64,000 nt of DNA from Eledone cirrhosa (taxonomy: Eukaryota). The notes under the pieces are model-generated. The model had not been told where the DNA came from. It searched no databases and saw only the letters and a list, made by a program, of their open reading frames with translations. Location of the stretch: positions 2,356,001 to 2,420,000 of the forward strand of contig CAXHJY010000096.1 in assembly GCA_964016885.1 (NCBI GenBank), written 5' to 3'. A program made the translations under genes and the position numbers. This document shows, one piece after another, positions 1 to 11,693 of this stretch; within the stretch, counting starts at the first letter, position 1, and each line of letters starts with the position of its first letter.

Positions 1-670
1 CAGCCGTCCAAGGGAAGATAATTTCCCGCCAGCCAAGGGAAGATAATATTTAAAAAAATTAGGCGGAGATAATTTGTAAAAAAAATCAGGGGGAGATAAT
101 TTGTAAAAAAATCAGGGGGAGATAATTTGTAAAAATAATCAGGGGGAGATAATTTGTAAAAAAAATTATGGGGAGATAATTTGTAAAAAAAAATCAGGGG
201 TAGATAATTTGTAAAAAAAAATCAGGGGGAGATAATTTGTAAAAAAAAATCAGGGGGAGATAATTTGTAAAAAAAATCAAGGGGAGATAATATCCAGCCG
301 TCCAAGGAGAGATAATTTTTAAAAAAAATGAGGCGGAGATAATTTGTAAAAAAAAAATCAGGGGGAGTTAATTTGTAAAAAAAAATGAGGGGGAGATAAT
401 TTGTAAAAAAAATCAAGGGGAGATAATTTCCAGCCGTCCAAGGGGAGATAATTTTCAGCCGTCCAAGGAGAGGTAATTTCTAGCCGTCGAAGGGGAGATA
501 ATTTCCAGCCGTCCAAGGGGAGGTCATTTCCAGCCGTCCAAGGGGAGATAATTTTTAAAAAAAAATCAGGCGGAGATAATTTGTAAAAAAAATCAAGGGG
601 AGATAATTTGCAGCCGTCCAAGGGGAGATAATTTTCAGTCGTCCAAGGAGAGGTAATTTCTAGCCGTCCA

Positions 671-695
671 AGGGGAGATAATTTCCAGCCGTCCA
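671..695 (+). repeat. Type A monomer, 25 bp, AGGGGAGATAATTTCCAGCCGTCCA (representative copy)
   Basis: Read directly; 13/25 GC. Occurs in runs of 1 to about 22 units throughout the window. Confidence 0.98.
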
Positions 696-1301
696 AGGGG
701 AGATAATTTCCAGCCGTCCAAGGGGAGATAATTTTTTTTTAAAAATCAGGCGGAGATAATTTGTAAAAAAAATCAGGAGGAGATAATTTGTAAAAAAAAA
801 TCAGGGGGAGATAATTTGTAAAAAAAATTAGGCGTAGATAATTTGTAAAAAAAAATCAGGGGGAGATAATTTGTAAAAAAAAATCAGGGGGAGATAATTT
901 GTTTAAAAAATCAAGGGGAGATAATTTGCAGCCGTCCAAGGGGAGATAATTTTCAGCCGTCCAAGGAGACGTAATTTCTAGCCGTTCAAGGGGAGATAAT
1001 TTCCAGCCGTCCAAGGGGAGATAATTTCCAGCCGTCCAAGGGGAGATAATTTTTTTTAAAAAATCAGGCGGAGATAATTTGTAAAAAAAATCAGGGGGAG
1101 ATAATTCGTAAAAAAAAATCAGGGGGAGATAATTTGTAAAAAAAAATCAGGGGCAGATAATTTGTAAAAAAAATCAAGGGGAGATAATTTCCAGCCGTCC
1201 AAGGGGAGGTAATATCTAGCCGTCCAAGGGGAGATAATTTCCAGCCGTCCAAGGGGAGATAATTTCCAGCCGTCCAAGGGGAGATAATTTCCAGCCGTCC
1301 A

Positions 1302-1400
1302 AGGAGACATATTTTCCAGCCGTCCAAGGCGAGGTAATTTCTAGCCGTCCAAGGGGAGATAAATTCCAGCCTCCAAGGGGAGATAATTTCCAGCCAGCCA
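1302..1400 (+). repeat. 99-bp four-monomer A-block terminal cassette (GACATATTTT / GAGGTAATTTCTAG / ATAAATTCCAGCCTCC / CCAGCCAGCC)
   Basis: The same four variants, with minor changes, close long A blocks in the same order, e.g. ~1712, ~2222, ~3541, ~4851, ~5681, ~6607, ~7890, ~8692. Confidence 0.93.
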
Positions 1401-1478
1401 AGGGGAGATAATTTGTAAAAAAATCAGGGGGAGATAATTTGTAAAAAATATCAGGGAGATAATTTGTAAAAAAAAATC

Positions 1479-1505
1479 AGGGGGAGATAATTTGTAAAAA
1501 AAATC
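1479..1505 (+). repeat. Type B monomer, 27 bp, AGGGGGAGATAATTTGTAAAAAAAATC (representative copy; A-tract mostly 7-10)
   Basis: Read directly; 8/27 GC. Occurs in runs that alternate with A blocks. Confidence 0.98.
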
Positions 1506-1942
1506 AGGGGGAGATAATTTGTAAAAAAAAATCAGGGGGAGATAATTTGTAAAAAAAATCAAGGGGAGATAATTTCCAGCCGTCCAAGGGGAGATAATTT
1601 TCAGCCGTCCAAGGAGAGGTAATTTCTAACCGTCCGAGGAGAGATAATTTCCAGCCGTCCAAGGGGAGATAATTTCCAGCCGTCCAAGGGGAGATAATTT
1701 CCAGCCGTCCAAGGAGACATATTTTCCAGCCGTCCAAGGAGAGGTAATTTCTAGCCGTCCAAGGGGAGATAAATTCCAGCCTCCAAGGGGAGATAATTTC
1801 CAGCCAGCCAAGGGGAGATAATTTGTAAAAAAATCAGGGGGAGATAATTTGCAAAAAAAATCAGGGGGAGATAATTTGTAAAAAAAATCAGGGGGAGATA
1901 ATTTGTAAAAAATAATCAGGGGGAGATAATTTCCAGCCGTCC

Positions 1943-2070
1943 AAGGGAAGATAATTTCCAGCCCTCCAAGGGGCTATAATTTCCAGTGTCCAAGGGGAGA
2001 TAATTTCCAGCCAGCGAAGGGGAGATAATTTTTTTTAAAAAATCATTGGGAGATTTGTAAAAAAAATCAG
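1943..2070 (+). repeat. Diverged cassette (CCAGCCCTCC / GGGGCTATAA / CCAGYGTCC / CCAGCGAAGG / TCATTGGGAGATTTG)
   Basis: Recurs whole or 5'-trimmed near 6230, 8415, 13005, 15850, 20130, 22240, 26890, 30740, 33040, 35270, 36670, 38895, 45590, 49875, 52080, 54265, 58860 and 62115. Confidence 0.92.
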
Positions 2071-4224
2071 GGGGAGATAATTTGTAAAAAAAATCAAGGG
2101 GAGATAATTTCCAGCCGTCCAAGGGGAGGTAATATCTAGCCGTCCAAGGGGAGATAATTTCCAGCCGTCCAAGGGGAGATAATTTCCAGCCGTCCAAGGG
2201 TAGATAATATCCAGCCGCCCAAGGACATATTTTCCAGCCGTCCAAGGAGAGGTAATTTCTAGCCGTCCAAGGGGAGATAAATTCCAGCCTCCAAGAGGAG
2301 ATAATTTCCAGCCAGCCAAGGGGAGATAATTTGTAAAAAAATCAGGGGGAGATAATTTGTAAAAAAAATCAGGGGGAGATAATTTGTAAAAAAAAATCAG
2401 GGGGAGATAATTTCTAAAAAAAAATCAGGGGGAGATAATTTGCAAAAAAAAATCAGGGGGAGATAATTTGTAAAAAAAAATCAGGGGTAGATAATTTGTA
2501 AAAAAAAATCAGGGGGAGATAATTTGTAAAAAAAAATCAGGGGGAGATAATTTGTAAAAAAAATCAAAGGGAGATAATTTCCAGCCGTCCAAGGAGAGAT
2601 AATTTTAAAAAAAATCAGGAGGAGATAATTTGTAAAAAAAAATCAGGGGGAGATAATTTGTAAAAAAAATCAGGGGGAGATAATTTGTAAAAAAAAATCA
2701 GGGGTAGATAATTTGTAAAAAAAAATCAGGGGGAGATAATTTGTAAAAAAAAATCAGGGGGAGATAATTTGTAAAAAAAATCAAGGGGAGATAATTTCCA
2801 GCCGTCCAAGGAGAGATAATTTAAAAAAAAATCAGGCGGAGATAATTTGTAAAAAAAAATTAGGGGGAGATAATTTGTAAAAAAAAATCAGGGGGAGATA
2901 ATTTGTAAAAAAAATCAAGGGGAGATAATTTCCAGCCGTCCAAGGGGAGATAATTTTCAGCCGTCCAAGGGGAGATAATTTCCCGCCAGCCAAGGGAAGA
3001 TAATATTCAAAAAAATCAGGCGGAGATAATTTGTAAAAAAAATCAGGGGGAGATAATTTGTAAAAAAATCAGGGGGAGATAATTTGTAAAAAAAAAAATC
3101 AGGGGGAGATAATTTGTAAAAAAAATCAGGGGGAGATAATTTGTAAAAAAAAATCAGGGGTAGATAATTTGTAAAAAAAAATCAGGGGGAGATAATTTGT
3201 AAAAAAAAATCAGGGGGAGATAATTTGTAAAAAAAATGAAAGGGGAGATAATATCCAGCCGTCCAAGGGGAGATAATTTCCAGCCGTCCAAGGGGAGATA
3301 ATTTCCAGCCGTCCAAGGGGAGAAAATTTCCATCCTTCCAAGGGGATATAATTTCCAGCCGTCCAAGGGGAGATAATTTCCATCCTTCCAAGGGGATATA
3401 ATTTCCAGCCGTCCAAGGGGAGATAATTTTCAGCCGTCCAAGGAGAGGTAATTTCTAGCCGTCCAAGGAGAGATAATTTCCAGCCGTCCAAGGGGAGATA
3501 ATTTCCAGCCGTCCAAGGGGAGATAATTTCCAGCCGTCCAAGGAGACATATTTTCCAGCCGTCCAAGGAGAGGTAATTCCTAGCCGTCCAAGGGGAGATA
3601 AATTCCAGCCTCCAAGGGGAGATAATTTCCAGCCAGCCAAGGGGAGATAATTTGTAAAAAAAATCAGGGGGAGATAATTTCTAAAAAAAATCAGGGGGAG
3701 ATAATTTGTAAAAAAAAATCAGGGGGAGATAATTTGTAAAAAATAATCAGGGGGAGATAATTTGTAAAAAAAATCAAGGGGAGATAATTTCCAGCCGTCC
3801 AAGGGGAGATAATTTTCAGCCGTCCAAGGGGAGATAATTTCCCGCCAGCCAAGGGAAGATAATATTTAAAAAAATTAGGCGGAGATAATTTGTAAAAAAA
3901 ATCAGGGGGAGATAATTTGTAAAAAAATCAGGGGGAGATAATTTGTAAAAAAAATCAGGGGGAGATAATTTGTAAAAAAAATCAGGGGGAGATAATTTGT
4001 AAAAAAAAATCAGGGGTAGATAATTTGTAAAAAAAAATCAGGGGGAGATAATTTGTAAAAAAAAATCAGGGGGAGATAATTTGTAAAAAAAATCAAGGGG
4101 AGATAATTTCCAGCCGTCCAAGGAGAGATAATTTAAAAAAAAATCAGGCGGAGATAATTTGTAAAAAAAATCAGGGGGAGATAATTTGTAAAAAAAAATC
4201 AGGGGGAGATAATTTGTAAAAAAA

Positions 4225-5870
4225 ATCAAGGGGAGATAATTTCCAGCCGTCCAAGGGGAGATAATTTTCAGCCGTCCAAGGGGAGATAATTTCCCGCCAG
4301 CCAAGGGAAGATAATATTCAAAAAAATCAGGCGGAGATAATTTGTAAAAAAAATCAGGGGGAGATAATTTGTAAAAAAATCAGGGGGAGATAATTTGTAA
4401 AAAAAAAATCAGGGGGAGATAATTTGTAAAAAAAATCAGGGGGAGATAATTTGTAAAAAAAAATCAGGGGTAGATAATTTGTAAAAAAAAATCAGGGGGA
4501 GATAATTTGTAAAAAAAAATCAGGGGGAGATAATTTGTAAAAAAAATGAAAGGGGAGATAATATCCAGCCGTCCAAGGGGAGATAATTTCCAGCCGTCCA
4601 AGGGGAGATAATTTCCAGCCGTCCAAGGGGAGATAATTTCCATCCTTCCAAGGGGATATAATTTCCAGCCGTCCAAGGGGAGATAATTTCCATCCTTCCA
4701 AGGGGATATAATTTCCAGCCGTCCAAGGGGAGATAATTTTCAGCCGTCCAAGGAGAGGTAATTTCTAGCCGTCCAAGGAGAGATAATTTCCAGCCGTCCA
4801 AGGGGAGATAATTTCCAGCCGTCCAAGGGGAGATAATTTCCAGCCGTCCAAGGAGACATATTTTCCAGCCGTCCAAGGAGAGGTAATTCCTAGCCGTCCA
4901 AGGGGAGATAAATTCCAGCCTCCAAGGGGAGATAATTTCCAGCCAGCCAAGGGGAGATAATTTGTAAAAAAAATCAGGGGGAGATAATTTGTAAAAAAAA
5001 TCAGGGGGAGATAAATTGTAAAAAAAAATCAGGGGGAGATAATTTGTAAAAAAAATCAAGGGGAGATAATTTCCAGCCGTCCAAGGGGAGATAATTTTCA
5101 GCCGTCCAAGGGGAGATAATTTCCCGCCAGCCAAGGGAAGATAATATTCAAAAAAATCAGGCGGAGATAATTTGTAAAAAAAATCAGGGGGAGATAATTT
5201 GTAAAAAAATCAGGGGGAGATAATTTGTAAAAAAAAAATCAGGGGGAGATAATTTGTAAAAAAAATCAGGGGGAGATAATTTGTAAAAAAAAATCAGGGG
5301 TAGATAATTTGTAAAAAAAAATCAGGGGGAGATAATTTGTAAAAAAAAATCAGGGGGAGATAATTTGTAAAAAAAATGAAAGGGGAGATAATATCCAGCC
5401 GTCCAAGGGGAGATAATTTCCAGCCGTCCAAGGGGAGATAATATCCAGCCGTCCAAGGGGAGATAATTTCCATCCTTCCAAGGGGATATAATTTCCAGCC
5501 GTCCAAGGGGAGATAATTTCCATCCTTCCAAGGGGATATAATTTCCAGCCGTCCAAGGGGAGATAATTTTCAGCCGTCCAAGGAGAGGTAATTTCTAGCC
5601 GTCCAAGGAGAGATAATTTCCAGCCGTCCAAGGGGAGATAATTTCCAGCCGTCCAAGGGGAGATAATTTCCAGCCGTCCAAGGAGACATATTTTCCAGCC
5701 GTCCAAGGAGAGGTAATTCCTAGCCGTCCAAGGGGAGATAAATTCCAGCCTCCAAGGGGAGATAATTTCCAGCCAGCCAAGGGGAGATAATTTGTAAAAA
5801 AAATCAGGGGGAGATAATTTGTAAAAAAAATCAGGGGGAGATAATTTGTAAAAAAAATCAGGGGGAGATA
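4225..5870 (+). repeat. 830-bp tandem dimer module
   Basis: ORF pairs 4464/5294 and 4765/5595. The dimer recurs at ORFs 13755/14585, 18373/19203, 33791/34621, 48107/48937 and 59606/60436. Confidence 0.92.
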
Positions 5871-8800
5871 ATTTGTAAAAAATAATCAGGGGGAGATAAT
5901 TTGTAAAAAAAATCAAGGGGAGATAATTTCCAGCCGTCCAAGGGGAGATAATTTTCAGCCGTCCAAGGGGAGATAATTTCCCGCCAGCCAAGGGAAGATA
6001 ATATTTTAAAAAATTAGGCGGAGATAATTTGTAAAAAAATCAGGGGGAGATAATTTGTAAAAAAATCAGGGGGAGATAATTTGTAAAAAAAATCAGGGGG
6101 AGATAATTTGTAAAAAAAATCAGGGGGAGATAATTTGTAAAAAAAAATCAGGGGTAGATAATTTGTAAAAAAAAATCAGGGGGAGATAATTTGTAAAAAA
6201 ATTCAAGGGGAGATAATTTCCAGCCGTCCAAGGGAAGATAATTTCCAGCCCTCCAAGGGGCTATAATTTCCAGCGTCCAAGGGGAGATAATTTCCAGCCA
6301 GCGAAGGGGAGATAATTTTTTAAAAAAAATCATTGGGAGATTTGTAAAAAAAATCAGGGGGAGATAATTTGTAAAAAAAATCAAGGGGAGATAATTTCCA
6401 GCCGTCCAAGGGGAGGTAATATCTAGCCGTCCAAGGGTAGATAATTTCCAGCCGTCCAACGGGAGATAATTTCCAGCCGTCCAAGGGTAGATAATATCCA
6501 GCCGCCCAAGGACATATTTTCCAGCCGTCCAAGGAGAGGTAATTTCTAGCCGTCCAAGGGGAGATAATTTCCAGCCGTCCAAGGGTAGATAATATCCAGC
6601 CGTCCAAGGACATATTTTCCAGCCGTCCAAGGAGAGGTAATTTCTAGCCGTCCAAGGGGAGATAAATTCCAGCCTCCAAGGGGAGATAATTTCCAGCCAG
6701 CCAAGGGGAGATAATTTGTAAAAAAATCAGGGGGAGATAATTTGTAAAAAAAATCAGGGGGAGATAATTTGTAAAAAAAAATCAGGGGGAGATAATTTGT
6801 AAAAAAAAATCAGGGGGAGATAATTTGCAAAAAAAATCAGGGGGAGATAATTTGTAAAAAAAAATCAGGGGTAGATAATTTGTAAAAAAAAATCAGGGGG
6901 AGATTTGTAAAAAAAAATCAGGGGGAGATAATTTGTAAAAAAAATCAAGGGGAGATAATTTCCAGCCGTCCAAGGAGAGATAATTTAAAAAAAAATCAGG
7001 CGGAGATAATTTGTAAAAAAAAATCAGGGGGAGATAATTTGTAAAAAAAAATCAGGGGGAGATAATTTGTAAAAAAAAATCAGGGGGAGATAATTTGTAA
7101 AAAAAATCAGGAGATAATTTGTAAAAAAAATCAAGGGGAGATAATTTCCAGCCGTCCAAGGAGAGATAATTTAAAAAAAAATCAGGCGGAGATAATTTGT
7201 AGAAAAAAATCAGGGGGAGATAATTTGTAAAAAAAAATCAGGGGGAGATAATTTGTAAAAAAAATCAAGGGGAGATAATTTCCAGCCGTCCAAGGGGAGA
7301 TAATTTTCAGCCGTCCAAGGGGAGATAATTTCCCGCCAGCCAAGGGAAGATAATATTCAAAAAAATCAGGCGGAGATAATTTGTAAAAAAAATCAGGGGG
7401 AGATAATTTGTAAAAAAATCAGGGGGAGATAATTTGTAAAAAAAAAATCAGGGGGAGATAATTTTTAAAAAAAATCAGGGGGAGATAATTTGTAAAAAAA
7501 AATCAGGGGTAGATAATTTGTAAAAAAAAATCAGGGGGAGATAATTTGTAAAAAAAAATCAGGGGGAGATAATTTGTAAAAAAAATGAAAGGGGAGATAA
7601 TATCCAGCCGTCCAAGGGGAGATAATTTCCAGCCGTCCAAGGGGAGATAATTTCCAGCCGTCCAAGGGGAGATAATTTCCATCCTTCCAAGGGGATATAA
7701 TTTCCAGCCGTCCAAGGGGAGATAATTTCCATCCTTCCAAGGGGATATAATTTCCAGCCGTCCAAGGGGAGATAATTTTCAGCCGTCCAAGGAGAGGTAA
7801 TTTCTAGCCGTCCAAGGAGAGATAATTTCCAGCCGTCCAAGGGGAGATAATTTCCAGCCGTCCAAGGGGAGATAATTTCCAGCCGTCCAAGGAGACATAT
7901 TTTCCAGCCGTCCAAGGAGAGGTAATTCCTAGCCGTCCAAGGGGAGATAAATTCCAGCCTCCAAGGGGAGATAATTTCCAGCCAGCCAAGGGGAGATAAT
8001 TTGTAAAAAAAATCAGGGGGAGATAATTTGTAAAAAAAATCAGGGGGAGATAATTTGTAAAAAAAAATCAGGGGGAGATAATTTGTAAAAAATAATCAGG
8101 GGGAGATAATTTGTAAAAAAAATCAAGGGGAGATAATTTCCAGCCGTCCAAGGGGAGATAATTTTCAGCCGTCCAAGGGGAGATAATTTCCCGCCAGCCA
8201 AGGGAAGATAATATTTAAAAAAATTAGGCGGAGATAATTTGTAAAAAAAATCAGGGGGAGATAATTTGTAAAAAAATCAGGGGGAGATAATTTGTAAAAA
8301 AAATCAGGGGGAGATAATTTGTAAAAAAAATCAGGGGGAGATAATTTGTAAAAAAAAATCAGGGGGAGATAATTTGTAAAAAAAATCAAGGGGAGATAAT
8401 TTCCAGCCGTCCAAGGGAAGATAATTTCCAGCCCTCCAAGGGGCTATAATTTCCAGCGTCCAAGGGGAGATAATTTCCAGCCAGCGAAGGGGAGATAATT
8501 TTTTTTAAAAAATCATTGGGAGATTTGTAAAAAAAATCAGGGGGAGATAATTTGTAAAAAAAATCAAGGGGAGATAATTTCCAGCCGTCCAAGGGGAGGT
8601 AATATCTAGCCGTCCAAGGGGAGATAATTTCCAGCCGTCCAAGGGGAGATAATTTCCAGCCGTCCAAGTGTAGATAATATCCAGCCGTCCAAGGACATAT
8701 TTTCCAGCCGTCCAAGGAGAGGTAATTTCTAGCCGTCCAAGGGGAGATAAATTCCAGCCTCCAAGGTGAGATAATTTCCAGCCAGCCAAGGGGAGATAAT

Positions 8801-9753
8801 TTGTAAAAAAATCAGGGGGAGATAATTTGTAAAAAAAATCAGGGGGAGATAATTTGTAAAAAAAAATCAGGGGGAGATAATTTGTAAAAAAAATCAGGGG
8901 GAGATAATTTGTAAAAAAAAATCAGGGGGAGATAATTTGTAAAAAAAATCAAGGGGAGATAATTTCCAGCCGTCCAAGGGGAGATAATTTCCCGCCAGCC
9001 AAGGGAAGATAATATTTAAAAAAATCAGGCGGAGATAATTTGTAAAAAAAATCAGGGGGAGATAATTTGTAAAAAAATCAGGGGGAGATAATTTGTAAAA
9101 AAAAAATCAGGGGGAGATAATTTGTAAAAAAAATCAGGGGGAGATAATTTGTAAAAAAAAATCAGGGGTAGATAAATTGTAAAAAAAAATCAGGGGGAGA
9201 TAATTTGTAAAAAAATCAGGGGGAGATAATTTGTAAAAAAAATGAAAGGGGAGATAATATCCAGCCGTCCAAGGGGAGATAATTTCCAGCCGTCCAAGGG
9301 GAGATAATTTCCAGCCGTCCAAGGGGAGATAATTTCCATCCTTCCAAGGGGATATAATTTCCAGCCGTCCAAGGGGAGATAATTTCCCGCCAGCCAAGGG
9401 AAGATAATTTTTAAAAAAATCAGGCGGAGATTGTAAAAAAAATCAGGGGGGAGATAATTTGTAAAAAAAATCAGGGGGAGATAATTTGTAAAAAAAAATC
9501 AGGGGGAGATAATTTGTAAAAAATAATCAGGGGGAGATAATTTGTAAAAAAAAATCAAGGGGAGATAATTTCCAGCCGTCCAAGGGGAGATAATTTCCCG
9601 CCAGCCAAGGGAAGATAATTTTTAAAAAAATCAGGCGGAGATTGTAAAAAAAATCAGGGGGGAGATAATTTGTAAAAAAATCAGGGGGAGATAATTTGTA
9701 AAAAATAATCAGGGGGAGATAATTTGTAAAAAAATTCAAGGGGAGATAATTTC

Positions 9754-11693
9754 CAGCCGTCCAAGGGGAGATAATTTCCCGCCAGCCAAGGGAAGATAAT
9801 ATTTAAAAAAATTAGGCGGAGATAATTTGTAAAAAAAATCAGGGGGAGATAATTTGTAAAAAAATCAGGGGGAGATAATTTGTAAAAAAAATCAGGGGGA
9901 GATAATTTGTAAAAAAAATCATGGGGAGATAATTTGTAAAAAAAAATCAGGGGGAGATAATTTGTAAAAAAAAATCAGGGGGAGATAATTTGTAAAAAAA
10001 ATCAAGGGGAGATAATATCCAGCCGTCCAAGGAGAGATAATTTTAAAAAAAAATGAGGCGGAGATAATTTGTAAAAAAAAAATCAGGGGGAGTTAATTTG
10101 TAAAAAAAAATGAGGGGGAGATAATTTGTAAAAAAAATCAAGGGGAGATAATTTCCAGCCGTCCAAGGGGAGATAATTTTCAGCCGTCCAAGGAGAGGTA
10201 ATTTCTAGCCGTCCAAGGGGAGATAATTTCCAGCCGTCCAAGGGGAGGTAATTTCCAGCCGTCCAAGGGGAGATAAATTAAAAAAAAAAATCAGGCGGAG
10301 ATAATTTGTAAAAAAAATCAAGGGGAGATAATTTGCAGCCGTCCAATGGGAGATAATTTTCAGTCGTCCAAGGAGAGGTAATTTCTAGCCGTCCAAGGGG
10401 AGATAATTTCCAGCCGTCCAAGGGGAGATAATTTCCAGCCGTCCAAGGGGAGATAATTTTTTTTAAAAAATCAGGCGGAGATAATTTGTAAAAAAAATCA
10501 GGGGGAGATAATTTGTAAACAAAATCAGGGGGAGATAATTTGTAAAAAAAAATCAGGGGGAGATAATTTGTAAAAAAAATTAGGCGTAGATAATTTGTAA
10601 AAAAAAATCAGGGGGAGATAATTTGTAAAAAAAAATCAGGGGGAGATAATTTGTTTAAAAAATCAAGGGGAGATAATTTGCAGCCGTCCAAGGGGAGATA
10701 ATTTTCAGCCGTCCAAGGAGAGGTAATTTCTAGCCGTTCAAGGAGGGATAATTTCCAGCCGTCCAAGGGGAGATAATTTCCAGCCGTCCAAGGGGAGATA
10801 ATTTTTTTTAAAAAATCAGGCGGAGATAATTTGTAAAAAAAAATCAGGGGGAGATAATTCGTAAAAAAAAATCAGGGGGAGATAATTTGTAAAAAAAAAT
10901 CAGGGGGAGATAATTTGTAAAAAAAATCAAGGGGAGATAATTTCCAGCCGTCCAAGGGGAGGTAATATCTAGCCGTCCAAGGGGAGATAATTTCCAGCCG
11001 TCCAAGGGGAGATAATTTCCAGCCGTCCAAGGGGAGATAATTTCCAGCCGTCCAAGGAGACATATTTTCCAGCCGTCCAAGGCGAGGTAATTTCTAGCCG
11101 TCCAAGGGGAGATAAATTCCAGCCTCCAAGGGGAGATAATTTCCAGCCAGCCAAGGGGAGATAATTTGTAAAAAAATCAGGGGGAGATAATTTGTAAAAA
11201 ATATCAGGGAGATAATTTGTAAAAAAAAATCAGGGGGAGATAATTTGTAAAAAAAATCAGGGGGAGATAATTTGTAAAAAAAAATCAGGGGGAGATAATT
11301 TGTAAAAAAAATCAAGGGGAGATAATTTCCAGCCGTCCAAGGGGAGATAATTTTCAGCCGTCCAAGGAGAGGTAATTTCTAGCCGTCCGAGGAGAGATAA
11401 TTTCCAGCCGTCCAAGGGGAGATAATTTCCAGCCGTCCAAGGGGAGATAATTTCCAGCCGTCCAAGGAGACATATTTTCCAGCCGTCCAAGGAGAGGTAA
11501 TTTCTAGCCATCCAAGGGGAGATAAATTCCAGCCTCCAAGGGGAGATAATTTCCAGCCAGCCAAGGGGAGATAATTTGTAAAAAAATCAGGGGGAGATAA
11601 TTTGCAAAAAAAATCAGGGGGAGATAATTTGTAAAAAAATCAGGGGGAGATAATTTGTAAAAAATAATCAGGGGGAGATAATTTCCAGCCGTC
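9754..11693 (+). repeat. Older, more diverged copy of 1-1940 (offset 9753)
   Basis: ORF pairs 1091/10844 and 1341/11094. Several substitutions separate the copies (GGGCAGAT, GAGACGT and TCTAAC versus consensus; CCAATGG and AGCCATCC only in this lineage). Confidence 0.9.

Noticed and set aside
88-113. Shine-Dalgarno-like GGAG, or intrinsic terminators at minus-strand T-runs
   Set aside because: There is no downstream start codon with an open frame on the plus strand, and no GC-rich hairpin precedes the T-runs.
672-686. NF-kB/Rel site (GGGG...TTTCC)
   Set aside because: Half-site spacing is longer than the 10-11 bp GGGRNWYYCC consensus.
2330-2570. Phased A-tract intrinsic curvature (kinetoplast-like)
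   Set aside because: A-tracts recur every 26-28 bp, about 2.6 helical turns, so adjacent tracts are close to antiphase rather than in ~10.5-bp phase.
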